Source: the human T2T-CHM13v2.0 reference genome, Homo sapiens
Strand: one strand, 5' to 3'
NCBI RefSeq assembly: GCF_009914755.1
Contig: NC_060947.1
Length of the DNA stretch: 64,000 bases
In this document: positions 10,471 to 23,163 of the stretch, piece by piece
Position numbering within the stretch: position 1 is the stretch's first letter
Layout: each line of letters begins with the position of its first letter
Translations under genes and position numbers: made by a program
Notes under the pieces: model-generated
The model's input: the letters and a program-made list of their open reading frames with translations, nothing else
Database searches by the model: none
What the model was told of the DNA's origin: nothing

Positions 10471-12479
10471 AACGACCTTTATGTACAGTTTTGTCAATTG
10501 TTTAATCTGATGTCAGAGACAAGTCTCCTCTTTCAGAGAGGTCATGGTCATATACATCCCAGTAGAGAACCTGAAAAACACCTCTCACAGAACTGATCTG
10601 TCTCCCCTGTGTCCAGGTTTCCAGGCTTAGTCTTCTCCAGGGCCAAAAATTACCTTCATAACAATCAGCACTTCTGTCTCTCCATGCAGTAGCCTTCTGC
10701 CTGCAGCCAACTAAACAGCAAACACTGCTGCGGACAGAGGAGCATTTTCTTTACCATGCTGGAATAATACAAAATAGAAGGGGTATCGGGGTTGATTTTA
10801 CTGTTATAAATCACTTCTTCAGGCATCATCTCTTGTAGCTTTTACAGCAAGTGTGAGAGTGCAGCAGGCTATGGTGGCATCCTCACATGACAGCTGCTAA
10901 GCCAGGGCACAAAGAAACTAGGTGACCTCACCAAGGCCACTCACTCAGTAAGTGCAGAGACAGGCTAATTCCTCCTCAGCAACTTCTGGTTCTCTGGTTT
11001 CTAATCCATTTTGCCCTTCCTGGCCCCATGGGAACCATTCCTATGATGCTGTCAATGGTCCTTTCATGTCTACGTCACTCTCCTTGCTGCTTCCCACATT
11101 TGTCATGCTCATTCACATCTCTGTGCCCGTATTCAATTTTTCCTCATTCTCCTCCCCTCTGTCGGTATAAATCCTACCTACCCTTCTAGTTCCAGTTTGG
11201 CAATAACTTCCCACCCCCTTTAAAATGCACCAGTACACCTTGATTTCTTTTATTCTCAGAAGCCCCATTGCACTTAACAGTCCAGCAATGAACGGATTAA
11301 TAATTTTTCTCTACTCCGTTCCCAAGTGTAAGGTTTTATGTTTCACTATTAGTCCCAATTACATTCCAAGCTCATTAAAGAGTGAACACTTTAAACTTCT
11401 TCTCTTAGTTTCCTCTTTGAGTGTCAGGGTGCCTGAAACAGCACTGGCTCTATAAAGGGCCACCAGAAACATGTCAAATCTATGCCCTTTTATGTCACTG
11501 GAAGTAGCTACATCGCTGCATTCCTCACCTTCCCTAGCACAGTGCAGAACATAAGGAAGATGTTAACTAGATTCAGTGAGTTGGACTGAATATGTCCCAC
11601 CAAATATTTTTGTTGTTTTTAGGATAGACAGGAAAGTGCTTTGGAGCCATCACGGAGGGCTATTAAACTTCCCCAATGTATATATTTCATGTAATAAGAA
11701 AGGCTTTGTAAAAAAAAAAGTCAATATTAACACAATATGAGTTACTAGTTTAAGCTCAAGGTTAAATTTGCTGAGCCCATTGTATTATTTTTATTAAAAA
11801 CGTCAGGTTCTGTCTATCTCTTTGGTTCCTTTTGTACTTCTCTCCAACTATCTTGTGAAGCGTATCATTTCATTCTTATTATTTAAGAATGGTCAATGAA
11901 ATATAGGCTAACCCAGGCTAAAAGTATACTGTCTAATCCATGGGCTTATCATTTAAAAATAAAGTCCTTGCCTGTTGCTACAGCTACAAAACAGCACTGA
12001 ATCCAAGGCAATGGAGTCCATGCAGGCTAATTATAAAAGCTGAATGCATTAGCTCATGTGAGGAGTAAAAAGGCTGGAAGCCTTAAGAGTGGAGAGAAAT
12101 GCCTCAGGCCTCCTTTTCTTACTGATTCACATGTAGCTCATGTGTGAAAGACAATCAGGCTGAATGGAAAGCAGATCCTTATTCATCTTACTCCTTCTGC
12201 AACCACATCATCAACTCTGGTCTCTCTTGAGTGTGGCTAACAATGAACGGCAATGAAAATCAAATATAATTCATGCATAAAAATAAAAAAAAAAATCTAG
12301 AAAATGACACCAGATATACGCTCACCCTCACCCCATGCCTTGCAGACTACACATTGAAAAAAGCCAGGGTGACTTATGTTGCTTTAAATGTCAGTAAGTG
12401 GTTCAAAATATGGACAGTAATGCAATCTTCAGTGCACTGTCAGCTGAGGGCTTGAGGACTAAAAAAGAAGGGATGGAGC

Positions 12480-12670
12480 CAAGAAACTTGAGTCAGAAGG
12501 TTTGCATTTAACTTCTCAGTTCGACAAAGGTTGGCTGTTCCAACTTGAGCAAATCAGGTAACCTCTCTGAGATGAAATCTTTTCATCCGTAGAAAAGATG
12601 TATCAATGTTTTCCTTAACTACTACTACGTATGTTTGTGGTAGAATAATTTATGTGAAAAAAAAAGTATT
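12480..12670 (+). mobile_element. MIR SINE
   Basis: gagtcagaagg...cttgagcaaatcaggtaacctctctgag...ttttcatccgtagaa. Confidence 0.6.
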
Positions 12671-12713
12671 ATATAAACCACAATCCCTGAAAATCTTGCC
12701 ATAAAACAACACA

Positions 12714-12806
12714 GTGTGTGTGTGTGCACATGCACGCATGTGACAGAGAGAGAGACACACACAGAGAGAGAGAGTGAGCGAGAGAGTAAGAGAGAGAGAA
12801 AGAAAG
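12714..12806. repeat. Compound (TG)n/(GA)n microsatellite
   Basis: Directly visible. Confidence 0.9.
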
Positions 12807-13289
12807 TGTGATTATTAGTTTTTTTCTCAACCTGGCTGGGTCATGGTGCTGATATGTGGTCAATATTATTTTGGATGTTTCTGTGAGGGTGATTTAAGAT
12901 GAAGAAACCTATTAAATCTGTGGAATTTGTGGACTTCGAGTAAAGCAGATTGCCCTCCATAATGTGGGTGGGCCTCTTCAATAAGGTGAAGGCCTGAATA
13001 GAGCACAAGACCGAATACCTCTGAACAAGAGGAAATTCTGCAGGAGACAACCTTCATTAGGCTTGAAATGTAACTTCAGCTCTTTGGATCTCTAGCCTGA
13101 TGGCTTTCAGCATCAGCTCTGTCTTGGGACCCCAGCCTTCTGGTCTACCCTATAGATTTTGGAATTTCCAGCCACCATTAGTGATGGAGCCAATTCCTGT
13201 AAATAAATTATATATATAATTATATGAATAATATCTGTGTGTGTGTGTGCACGTGTGCTCTGTTTCTCCAGAGAATCCTGGTTAATACA
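12807..13289 (+). mobile_element. MLT2-family LTR (5' LTR of the ERV-L provirus)
   Basis: tgtg start; ggatgtttctgtgagggtg; taaagcagattgccctccataatgtgggtgggcctc; aataaa; ends ctgtttctccagagaatcctggttaataca. Confidence 0.9.
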
Positions 13290-16200
13290 AATCGTGGGAT
13301 CAGGACTGATCCCAGAGAACAGAATCTTAAGGATCAGTTTTCTTACTTGGTTCTGGCTCTCTAATGTGATTAAAGACAGGAAGGACTCTTAGGACTCTAT
13401 CTCCAGTAGTAAAGAGCACTGGTAGTCCATGGCATGATGTGGTAATAGAGATACATAAAATATCATCATTGGATACTCTTAACCAAACACATAGCAGTCA
13501 GGGATCTGGATGACTGTGTACATGATACCTTCAAATATTTTTGTCAAACGAATGAGTATAATGAGATTTGCTGTGTATTAGTCTGTTCCCACACTGCTAA
13601 CAAAGACATATCCAAGATGGGATAATTTATAAAGAAAAGATGTTTAATTGACTCATAGTTCAGCAGGGATGGCTAGGCCTCAGGAAACTTACAATCATGG
13701 CGGAAGGGGAAGCAAACACGTCCTTCTTCACATGGCAGTGTGAAGGAAAAGTGGCGAGCAAAGGGGGGAAACAGCCCCTTATAAAACCATCAATTAGATA
13801 TCCTGAGAACTCACTTTCTTAAAAACAGCACGGAGGTAACCCCACCTCCCATGATTCATTTACCTCTCACTGGGTCCCTCCCGTGACACATGGGGATTAT
13901 GGGAACTACAGTTCAAGATGAGATTTGGGTGGGGACACACCCAAACTGTATCAGGCTGGTTTTTCCTAATGTCACTGGATAAATTAGGAAAAGAAAAAGG
14001 TGAGGTCAGGGATTCAAATTGCCTGCTCAAGCACAGCATAAATGTCCTGAAATCTTCTGTGTCTGTCCTGAAAGAGACCTTTATTTCCTGTAGCTGTAGT
14101 GCTGAGATTGCTGAAAACCTAACCAAGAATTTCATAATGTGAGTGCTTGAATTACAGTGCAAATTTAAATCCTAACTTTGAAGGATATCTACTGTTAAAA
14201 GGCATTGTTTGGGAAAGAGTGGATTTCTAACAGCTGGGGTGGGATGTGTGGGAAGACCTGATGAAGCTGGGGACACTAAGCCTATACATTCTCAAACTTC
14301 TTTGTCAGTATATGCAGGCTCTCCAGCTATTTTCCCTTCTGAGGTGATTAACCAAACACTGCCTGAGAAAAACCGTAATTTTCTCTCCTGAAGCAGTTCC
14401 ATTGCATGACACTGCTGAAGCTTCACAAGACCCACTTCTATAGACCCTCTTTGCTTCTAGACTTATAATTAAAGTCAATATTAGCAGGCCCTGAAAGTTG
14501 AGGTAAAAAGCGTGATCCATGAAAAGGCATGCTATACTCCGAAATAGCTACTCAATGTTTTTAATTCATACAGACAGAAATACAGGAAAGGTTTGTGAAA
14601 ATGGATGCTAAGATGTGTGAGGATGGTAGAAGGAAGTTAAGGTTTGATCAGGCTGAATATAATATTATGGACCCACTAAGCCAAGAGTCTTCATTTAATG
14701 CTGCAGCTCAGGAAAAACTCTGCTTCTTTGGTTGACTAAAAGATGGACCAAAATGTGGCCCACAGTAAATGAACTGTAATTGCCAGACCTGCCTTAAAGG
14801 GATTCAAAGGCCTAGGGGAATTAAGGTGTTAGAGTGAATTTGTCATTTAAGACCTATTCAGCCACCCTGGGAGGGTCCAGAGGACACATCCTTCACCAGA
14901 CTGTGAGAAACAAATTTTTGAAGGGTACCCCAGCAACCTTGAAGAGCTCTGTGATTGCTCTTCTGTAAAGACAGAAACTGCTGCCACTGAGTTGAAAAAC
15001 CTAAATTCAGTGGGAGTAACTGGATCTCAGGGTGTCAAAGTCCAAGTTGCAGCACTTGACTGTGAAAGGCAAGGTGGTCATGTTTCACACAGGAGACAGC
15101 AAAATCAAAACAAAAATCAGAACAGTCTGACTCTGAGAGACCTACACTGTTGGGCTTGTTGATCGTAGTGATCCTAGATGTGAAAGAGATAGAAAACCTA
15201 CTAAATTTTTACTTAATCCACATAACCAGAAAAGTTATAGGTCAAGTGAACAAAAGACTAACTTGAATAAAACAAAGTTAGCACATCTAACTTGAATAAA
15301 ACAAACAGACAAATCTCACAGAGTCAACTCCTCAATCAGTCCCCAGAACTGAGCCACTTTTGCAGATCCACCACCCCTTGAATGAAGAGGGGAGGCAAGG
15401 TCCTCTTGAGGAAAAACCCCAGTACACTGCCAAAATTTTACATCATTACAATTCATTTCACCCTTCCCCCAAAGGGGCTTATGCCCTTGTAGCAGGAGGT
15501 CTGTGAATTGGAGAAAAGGAAATAATCAGACATTTTGGGGATTACTGGGCACCAGCTCTTAACTGATACAAATTTCAGGAGACACAAAACATCACTGTGG
15601 TCTACCAGTCAGAGTAGGGGCTTGTAGAAATCAGGTGAACAATGGAGTTTTAGATCAGATCCATCTCACAGTGGGCAAAGTGGCTCACCAAATCCACCCT
15701 GTGGTTGTTTCCCCAGTTCTGAAATGCATCAGTGGAATAGAGACATGCCCCATAACTGGCAGAATCCCTACATTGGTTCCCTGTTCTGTGGGAGTGAGGG
15801 CTAATATGCCAGAGAAGTTCAAGTGGAAGCGACAAAAACTGCCTCTACTTACAAAAATAGGAAACTAACAGCAATACCTCATTCCTGGAGGGTTTCAGAG
15901 ATTAGTGTCACAATCAAGGACTTAAGGGTTTCAGGGGTCGTAATTTCCACCAAATCCCTATTTGAACTTACCTATTTGGCCTGTGTGGATTTTGGAGAAT
16001 GATCTTGGACTATCATAAGCTTAACTAGGTGTTGAGTCCAGTTGCAGCTGCTGTGCCAGATCTGGTTTTATTACTTGCACAAATGAACACGTCTCCTGGT
16101 ATCTAGTATTCAGCTATTGATCTTGCTTAACTGTGGGCCACCAAGTTGCCATGTGACCTGAGCTACTCATCATGAACTGGATGTTATCTAGCCTCCCAAA

Positions 16201-18507
16201 CCATAAAGCTATGCTTGCACAGCAGCATTTCATCATCAGATGGAAGTGGTGTATACAAGATCTTGCCTGAGCAGGCCCTGAAGGCACAAGTGAATTACAT
16301 GAAGAAGTGGCTCAAATGCTCATGGTCCCCGCTGCTCTTATGCTACTTTTGCTTTCCCAAGCTGCACCAAGTGCCTCACAGGGAGTATCATGGAATCAAT
16401 TGACAGCAGAATAGAAAACTCATACTTGTTGTACATATGGTTCTTCAGGATATGCAAGCACTACCTGAAAATGAATTGCTAAAGAGTAGCCCCCACCACC
16501 ACCACCTCCTTTTTGGGGATGTCCTTGAAGAGGAGTGGTAAAGGGAAATCCTCACAATTAGAAGTTCGAGCAATGTGCCTGACTGTGCATTTTGCTTGGA
16601 AGAAGAAATGGCCAGACACAGGATGATATACTAGTCAGTGGGTTGTCGAAAACAGTTCATCTGGATGATAAGGAACTTGGAAGAAACATGGAAATTGATG
16701 ATAAAGAAGCTTGGACAGGAAGTATGTGGATAGACCTCTCTGAATGGATAAACAATTTGAAGATGTTTGTGCTCTATATGAATGCTCACTAAAGGTTGAC
16801 CTCAGCAGAGGAGAATTTTAATAACCAAGTTAAGAGGCTGACCCATTCTGAGGTTCTGCAGATACCAGTCAGCCGCTTTTCCTAGCCACCCTTGTCACTC
16901 AGTAGGATTATGAATAAAGTGGCCATGGTGCCAGGGATGGCAATTTTACATGGGATTATCAACCTGGACCTGTACTCACCAAAACCAACTTGGATACAGC
17001 CACTGTTGAGTGCCTAGTGAGCCAGCAGCAGAAACCAACACTGAGTCCCCAATATGGCACCATTCCACAAGGTGACCAGACAAGCTACCTGTTACATTGG
17101 ACCAGGTTAGTTACATTGTACCCCTTCCATTATGAAGGCAGCAGCATCTTGTTCTTATTGAAATAGAAACTAACTCTGGATATAGATTTGCTTTCCCTGC
17201 ATGCAATGCATCTGTCGAAACTACCATCCATCGAATTACAGCATGCCTTGTCCACTGTCATGGCATTCCACACAGCATTGCTTCTGATCAATTGTATTTG
17301 CCTCATCTCATGGCAAAAGAAGTGCAACAATGGGCCCTTGCTCATGGAATCCACTTTCCTTCCATGTTTCCCACCACCCTGAAGCAACTGGCTTGATATA
17401 AGAGTGGAATTGCCTCTTGAAGACTCAGTTACAGCACCCACTAATTGACAACACTTTGCAGGAGGGGGTAAGGTTCTCCAACGGGCTCTATATGCGCTAA
17501 TTGAGTGACCTGTATGTAGCGTTGTCTCTCCCATAACCATGATTCATCAATTCAGGAATCAAGGGTTGAAAATGGGAGTAGCACCATTTGCTATACTATT
17601 TATCAGCACATAAGCAAATTATTATTGCTTCCTCTTCCCAAGACCTTATGCTCTGCTGGCCTAGAGATATTAGTCCCAGAAGGAGGAATGCTTCCTCCAT
17701 GAGACACAACAATTATTCCATGAGATGCCTAACTTCTGTGGAAGCTAAGACTGTTACTCAGCCACTTTGGGATCCTCATGCCTCTCAATAGGCAAAGAAA
17801 TGAGTTACTGTGCTGGCTGGGATAATTGATTCTGAGCCCCAATGGGAAATTGGGCTGACGTTCCACAGTAGAGACATAGCAGACTATGTGCGAAATACAT
17901 AAGATTCCTTTGGTGTCTCTTAGTATCACCATGTGCTGTGTTTAGAGTCAATGGGAAACTATAACAAGTGAATTCAAGCAGCACTTCTAATGGCCAAGAC
18001 CCTCCAGGAATTAAGGTTTAAGGCACCCTACTAGGTAAAGAAAAATGGCCACCTGAGATTATTTCAGAGGGTAAAGGATATATGGAAAGTATAGTGGAAC
18101 GTAGTCATAAATACCAGCTATAATAATGTGAGCAGTTACAGACAAGAAAATTGTAATTGTTGTATTGCTTTATTTTATCATGAACACAAATATATGTTTG
18201 TATAATGATAACTTTCTTTTCTTCCTTTTCTTATTGTCTTATCTCATAAGGTATATTTACTTGATATTATATTAGTTAAGATTTTTAAATTTACATCACA
18301 ATATTTACTTATGGGATATATAGGAGAGATTAAAGAACACCCAAAGAGTTTACATCATCTTCTGCTAATAGTATTAATGCATTTCCATATGTATATGGGG
18401 TAGTATTATCATGGTAGGTTGTTATTGACCTTGTTATTGTCTTCATTTGTACATTAAATATAGTTTAAGGAGATATGTATGAGTCCCAAAATGACAGCAA
18501 ACAGACT
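13290..18507 (+). mobile_element. ERV-L internal region (degenerate gag, pro, RT with a large deletion, RNase H, integrase, dUTPase; no env)
   Basis: Protease GLL(D)TGS-like at ~15537; RT PIWPV and YHKLN...AAVPD...AIDL at 15970-16125; integrase GHG.RDG (16921), YI.PLP (~17112) and SDQ (~17283); dUTPase-like PEGG.LP (~17676). All frames are broken. Confidence 0.88.
13574..13953 (-). mobile_element. THE1 solo LTR (THE1C-like) inserted in ERV-L gag
   Basis: tgtattagtctgttc...gcaaacacgtccttcttcacatggc...gagatttgggtggggacac...tatca; 5-bp TSD tgctg/ggctg. Confidence 0.92.
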
Positions 18508-18830
18508 TGTGATGGTTAATTTTATGTGTTAATTTGCCCGAATCACAGTGCCCAGATATGAGGTGAAATTTTATTCTGAAGGTTTCTGTGAGGGTGTTTT
18601 TGGATGACATTAACCTGTAACTCCTTAGACTTTGAATAAAGCAGATTGCCCTCCTTAACATCAGTGGCCCCATCAAAACAGTTGAAAATGTGAGTACAAC
18701 AAAAGATTGACCTCCCCTGAGAAGGAGAAGCTCCACAGTAGATAGCGTTCAGACATGAACAGCATCATCAGTTCTTCTCTAGTCTCCAGTCTGCCAGCTC
18801 ACCCTGAAGGTTATAGACCTGACAGCCTCT

Positions 18831-19928
18831 TGTTTTAAAATGTACCCAGGATTTGCTTTAATCAAGTATGATGAGATAACAGAAAGGGAGACAATTGCCT
18901 TTGAGAGAAGAATTCATTACAGTTACCCCAGAGAATAAGAGGTATGACATGCCACCTGGGGCCATATGCAGTCACTTGCAGTGAGAAGCAGAGAGAGAGA
19001 CAGAGAGGGCGGGGGAGAGGGAACAAGAGAGAGGGAGTGCAGAGAAACCATAACCAGGCCTTTATTACAATAATGGCAGGAAGTGGCAACATGAGAATGC
19101 TCCCTATTGGGAAAAAAGTGAAACACACAGGTTGAGGCTTATGTATGGAAAGTTTATAATGAGATTTTCACACATCCATGAAAACATTGGGATGGTGGAG
19201 GTGTAAACTACCTTGCGCTGTTAACATGACCTTGAAAATCCAAAATATCTGAGACAGGTCTCAATCAATTTAGAAAGTTTATTTTGCCAACATTAAAGAT
19301 GTGCCAGTGACACAGCCTTAGGAGGTCCAGATGACATGTCCCCAAAGTGGTCAGGGCATAGGTTAGTTTTATACATTTTAGGGAGACATGAGACATCAGT
19401 CAACATATGTAAGATGTACATTTGTTCAGTCTGGAAATGTGGGGAAACTTGAGGTGCGTAAGGGGGCTATCAGGTCATAAGTCAATAAGAGACAAATGGT
19501 TGCATTCTGTTGAGTATCTGATTAGAATACACAATTTACATGTGATAGTAGAGCAGTGGAATAGTCACTTATAACTTAGTCTGGCTTAGTGATACAATAG
19601 GGCAGAGGAAGCAATCAGATATGCATTTGTCTCATGTGAACAGAAAGATGATATCGAGTTCCATCTGTCCCCTGTCCACAAGAAATTTCCTTGTGGGCAA
19701 ATTGTAAGGAAAGTATGTGGGGATTCTTTTTATTTTTCTTTTTCTTTTATCTCTGTGGCTATCTTATATACAAATAAATGGGAGGCAAGTTTGTCTGACA
19801 TAGTTTCCAGCTTGACTCTTCCCTTTGGATTAGTGATATTGAGGTTCCAAGATTTATTTTCCTTTCACAATCTCATGACTGAAAGGTACCAAATCTTCAA
19901 GTACAAATGATCAAAAATAGTTATTACA
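18831..19928 (-). mobile_element. ERVL-class solo LTR (MER54/MER74/LTR53-like), itself interrupted by MER4A
   Basis: tgt...ggatttgctttaatc...gatgagataacagaaagggagacaattgcctttgagagaag resembles the antisense end of that LTR group; ends ...gttattaca. The family assignment is tentative. Confidence 0.5.
19233..19869 (-). mobile_element. MER4A-family (ERV1) solo LTR
   Basis: Reverse complement begins tgtgaaaggaaaataaatcttgg...gtcaagctggaaac; the other end is ccaaaatatctgagacaggtctcaatcaatttagaaag; 4-bp TSD acct/atct. Confidence 0.88.
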
Positions 19929-20039
19929 CCTTCATAATCAATCATGTAAACCAATTCCTTAAAATTCACAGACACACACAACACACACACACACACTATT
20001 GGTTTTGTTTCTCTGAAGAACACTGAGAAACAAACTTGT

Positions 20040-20125
20040 AAGGAAGGAAGGAAAGAATGAAGAAAGGGAGGAGAGAAAGCAGGAAGATTGGCAGGTAGGA
20101 ACTTAGGAAAGAAGGCAAGAAAGAG
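20040..20125. repeat. Purine-rich (GGAA)n-like low-complexity tract
   Basis: Directly visible. Confidence 0.8.
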
Positions 20126-20446
20126 TAAGTCACAGGACACAGAGTTTTATGTAAACTGGAAGATATATCTGGAGAACTTTGATTCCAGCACGCATCCACC
20201 ATCAATTATAGACAAAAATTACTTAATTTGACATTATTGACTCTATAAAAGTTTGGTATTAAAATCCACCATTCACCTTTTAAGGATGATCAAAGAATGG
20301 GCCATAAAATTAATTTGCTCTTAGACCAAATTCTAAAATGTTGTAAATAAGGGTGATATACACTGATTCTATTTGCTTTATAGTGTGGAAGAGATTATTC
20401 AAGGCACTTTTGAAGCACACACCAAGGTTTGCATTTATATTTGTAG

Positions 20447-20705
20447 CAGTGGTGTGCTGCAGCCAACTGGAACTGACTGGCAATAGTCAATCATTAAAAT
20501 TATAGAAAACTGTGTGAACCAGTTGGTAAACATACCATTACTAAAAACTGAATTATATGAACTTTTAAGTAAATAAACATTACCAAAAACAAAGTTAGCA
20601 AATACTCAAAACAAATTTTGTCTTAATTATTTTACTGCATGTTATTATTAATCTGTGCTCTTGAGGTTATTTTGTCTATGTTATCTGTATGATAAAAACA
20701 ACAAT
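20447..20705 (+). mobile_element. MER63-family hAT DNA transposon fragment, truncated by the L1 to its right
   Basis: cagtggtgtgctg terminus; ccattactaaaaactgaattatatgaac; gctcttgaggttatt. Confidence 0.75.
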
Positions 20706-20706
20706 A

Positions 20707-23163
20707 GAAACTCACTCAAAACTGCACAACTACATGGAAACTGAGCAACTTGCCCCTGAATGACTACTGGGTAAAAATGAAGTTAAGGCAGAAATAAATA
20801 AGTTCTTCTAAACCAATGAGAACAAAGAAACAACATACCAAAATCTCTGGGACACAGCTAAAGCAGTGTTTAAAGGGAAATTTATAGCACTATATGCCTG
20901 CAGGAGAAAGCAGGAAAGATCTGAAATCAACACCCTAACATCACAATTAAATAAACTAGAGAAGCAAGAGCAAACTAATTCAAAAGCTAGCAGAAGACAA
21001 GAAATAACTAAGATCACAGCAGAACTGAAGGAAATAGAGACACAAAAAACCCTTCAAAAAATCAATGAATCCAGGAGCTGATTTTTTTAAAAGATTAACA
21101 AAGTAGATAGACTGCTAGCCAAACTAATAAAGAACAGAGAAGAATCAAATAGACACAAGAAAAATGATAAAGGGGATATCACCACTGACCCCACAGAAAT
21201 AAAAACTACCATCAGAGAGTACTATAAACACCTCTACATAAATAAGCCAGAAAATCTAGAAGAAATGGATAGATTCCTGGACACCTACAGCCTCCCAAGT
21301 CTAAACCAGGAAGAAGTTGAATACCTGAGTAGACCAATAAGAGATTCTGAAACTGAGGCAGTAATTAATAGCCTACCAACCAAAAAAAGTCCAGGACTAG
21401 ACAGATACACAGCCAAATTCTACCAGAGGTACAAAGAGGAGCTGGTACCATTCCTTCTGAAACTATTCAAAGGAATAGAAAAAGAGGGGACTCCTCCCTA
21501 AATCATTTTATGAGGCCAGCATCACCCTGATGCCAACAACTGGCAGAGTTACAAAAAAAAACAAAGAAAATTTCAGGCCAATATCTCTGATGAACATTGA
21601 TGCAGAAATCCTCAATAAAATACTGGCAAACTGAACCCAGCAGCACATCAATAAGCTTACCCAGCACAATCAAGTTGGCTTCATCCCTGGGATGCAAGGC
21701 TGGTTCAACATACACAGACAAACAAAGGTAATCCATCATATAAAGAGAACCAATGACAAAAAGCCCATGATTATCTCAATAGATGCAGAAAAGACCTTCT
21801 ATAAAATTCAACACCCCTTCATGTTAAAAACTCTCAATAAACTGGGTATTGATGGAACACGTCTCAAAATAATAAGAGCTATTTATGACAAACTCAGAGC
21901 CAATATCATACTGAATGGGCAAAGACTGGAAGCATTCCCTTTGAAAACTGGCACAAGAGAGGAATGCCCTCTCTCACCACTCCTATTCAACATAATATTG
22001 GAAGTTCTGGCCAGGTCAATCAGGCAAGATAAAGAAATAAAGTATATTGAAATAGGAAGACAGGAAGTCGAATTGTCTCTGTTTCAGATAACATGATTGT
22101 ATATTTAAAAAACCCCATCATCTCAGCCCAAAATCTCCTTAAGGTGATAAGCAACTTCAGCAAAGTCTCAGCATACAAAATCAATGTGCGAAAATCACAA
22201 GCATTCCTATACACCAATAATAGACAAACAGCCAAATCATGAAAGAAATCTTATTCACAACTGCTACAAAGAGAATAAAATACCTAAGAATACGAATTAC
22301 AAGGGATGAGAGGGACCTCTTCAAGGAAAACTACAAGCCACTGCTCAAGGAAATAAGAGAGAACACAAACAAATGGAGAAACGTTCCATGCTCATGGATA
22401 GGAAGAATCAGTATTGTGAAAATGGCCATACTACCCAAAGTAATTTACAGATTCAATGCTAGCCCCATGAGGCTACCATTGACTTTCTTCATAGAATTAG
22501 ATAAAACTACATTTCATATGGAACCAAAAAAGAGCCAGTATAACCAAGAAAATACTAAGCAAAAAGAACAAAGCTGGAGGCATCACGCTACCTGACTTCA
22601 AACTATACTACAAGGCTACATTAACCAAAACAGCATGGTACTGGTACAAAAACAGATATCTAGACCAATGGAACAGAACAGAGGCCTCAGAAATAGCGCC
22701 ACACATCTACAACCATCCAATCTTTGACAAATCTGACAAAAACAAGAAATGGGGAAAGGATTCCCTATTTAGTAAATGGTATTGGGAAAACCGGCTAGCC
22801 ATATGCAGAAAAGTGAAACTGGACCCCTTCATTACACCTTATAAAAAAATTAACTCAAGATGGATTAAAGACTTAAACACAAGACCTAAAACCATAAAAA
22901 CCCTAGAGGAAAACCTAGGCAATACCATTCGGGACATAGGCATGGGCAAGGACTTCACGACTAAAACACCAAAACCAATGGCAACAATAGCCAAAATTGA
23001 CAAATGGGATCTAACTAAACTAAAGAGCTTCTGCACAGCAAAAGGAACTATCATCAGATTGAACAGGCAACCTACAGAATGGGAGAAAATTTTTGCAATC
23101 TACACATCTGACAAAGGACTAAAATCCAGAATCAATGAGGAACTTAATCAAATTTACAAGAAA
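20707..23163 (+). mobile_element. 5'-truncated L1PA7/8-like ORF2 fragment, broken at aatttacaagaaa by a younger L1
   Basis: ORF-track peptides KGKFIAL..., MQGWFNI..., MKLDPF...; stops and frameshifts throughout. Confidence 0.93.

Larger units (their letters stand above)
18508..20036 (+). mobile_element. MLT2 3' LTR, split (18508-18830 and ~19933-20036) by nested LTRs
   Basis: tgtgatggttaattttatgtgt start, aataaagcagattgccctcc, then resumes at cataatc...ccaattccttaaaat...tattggttttgtttctctgaagaacactga. Confidence 0.85.

Noticed and set aside
13290-13312. Functional tRNA-Leu primer-binding site of the ERV-L
   Set aside because: The position is right, but the sequence (tgggatcaggactgatcc) is too degraded to call.
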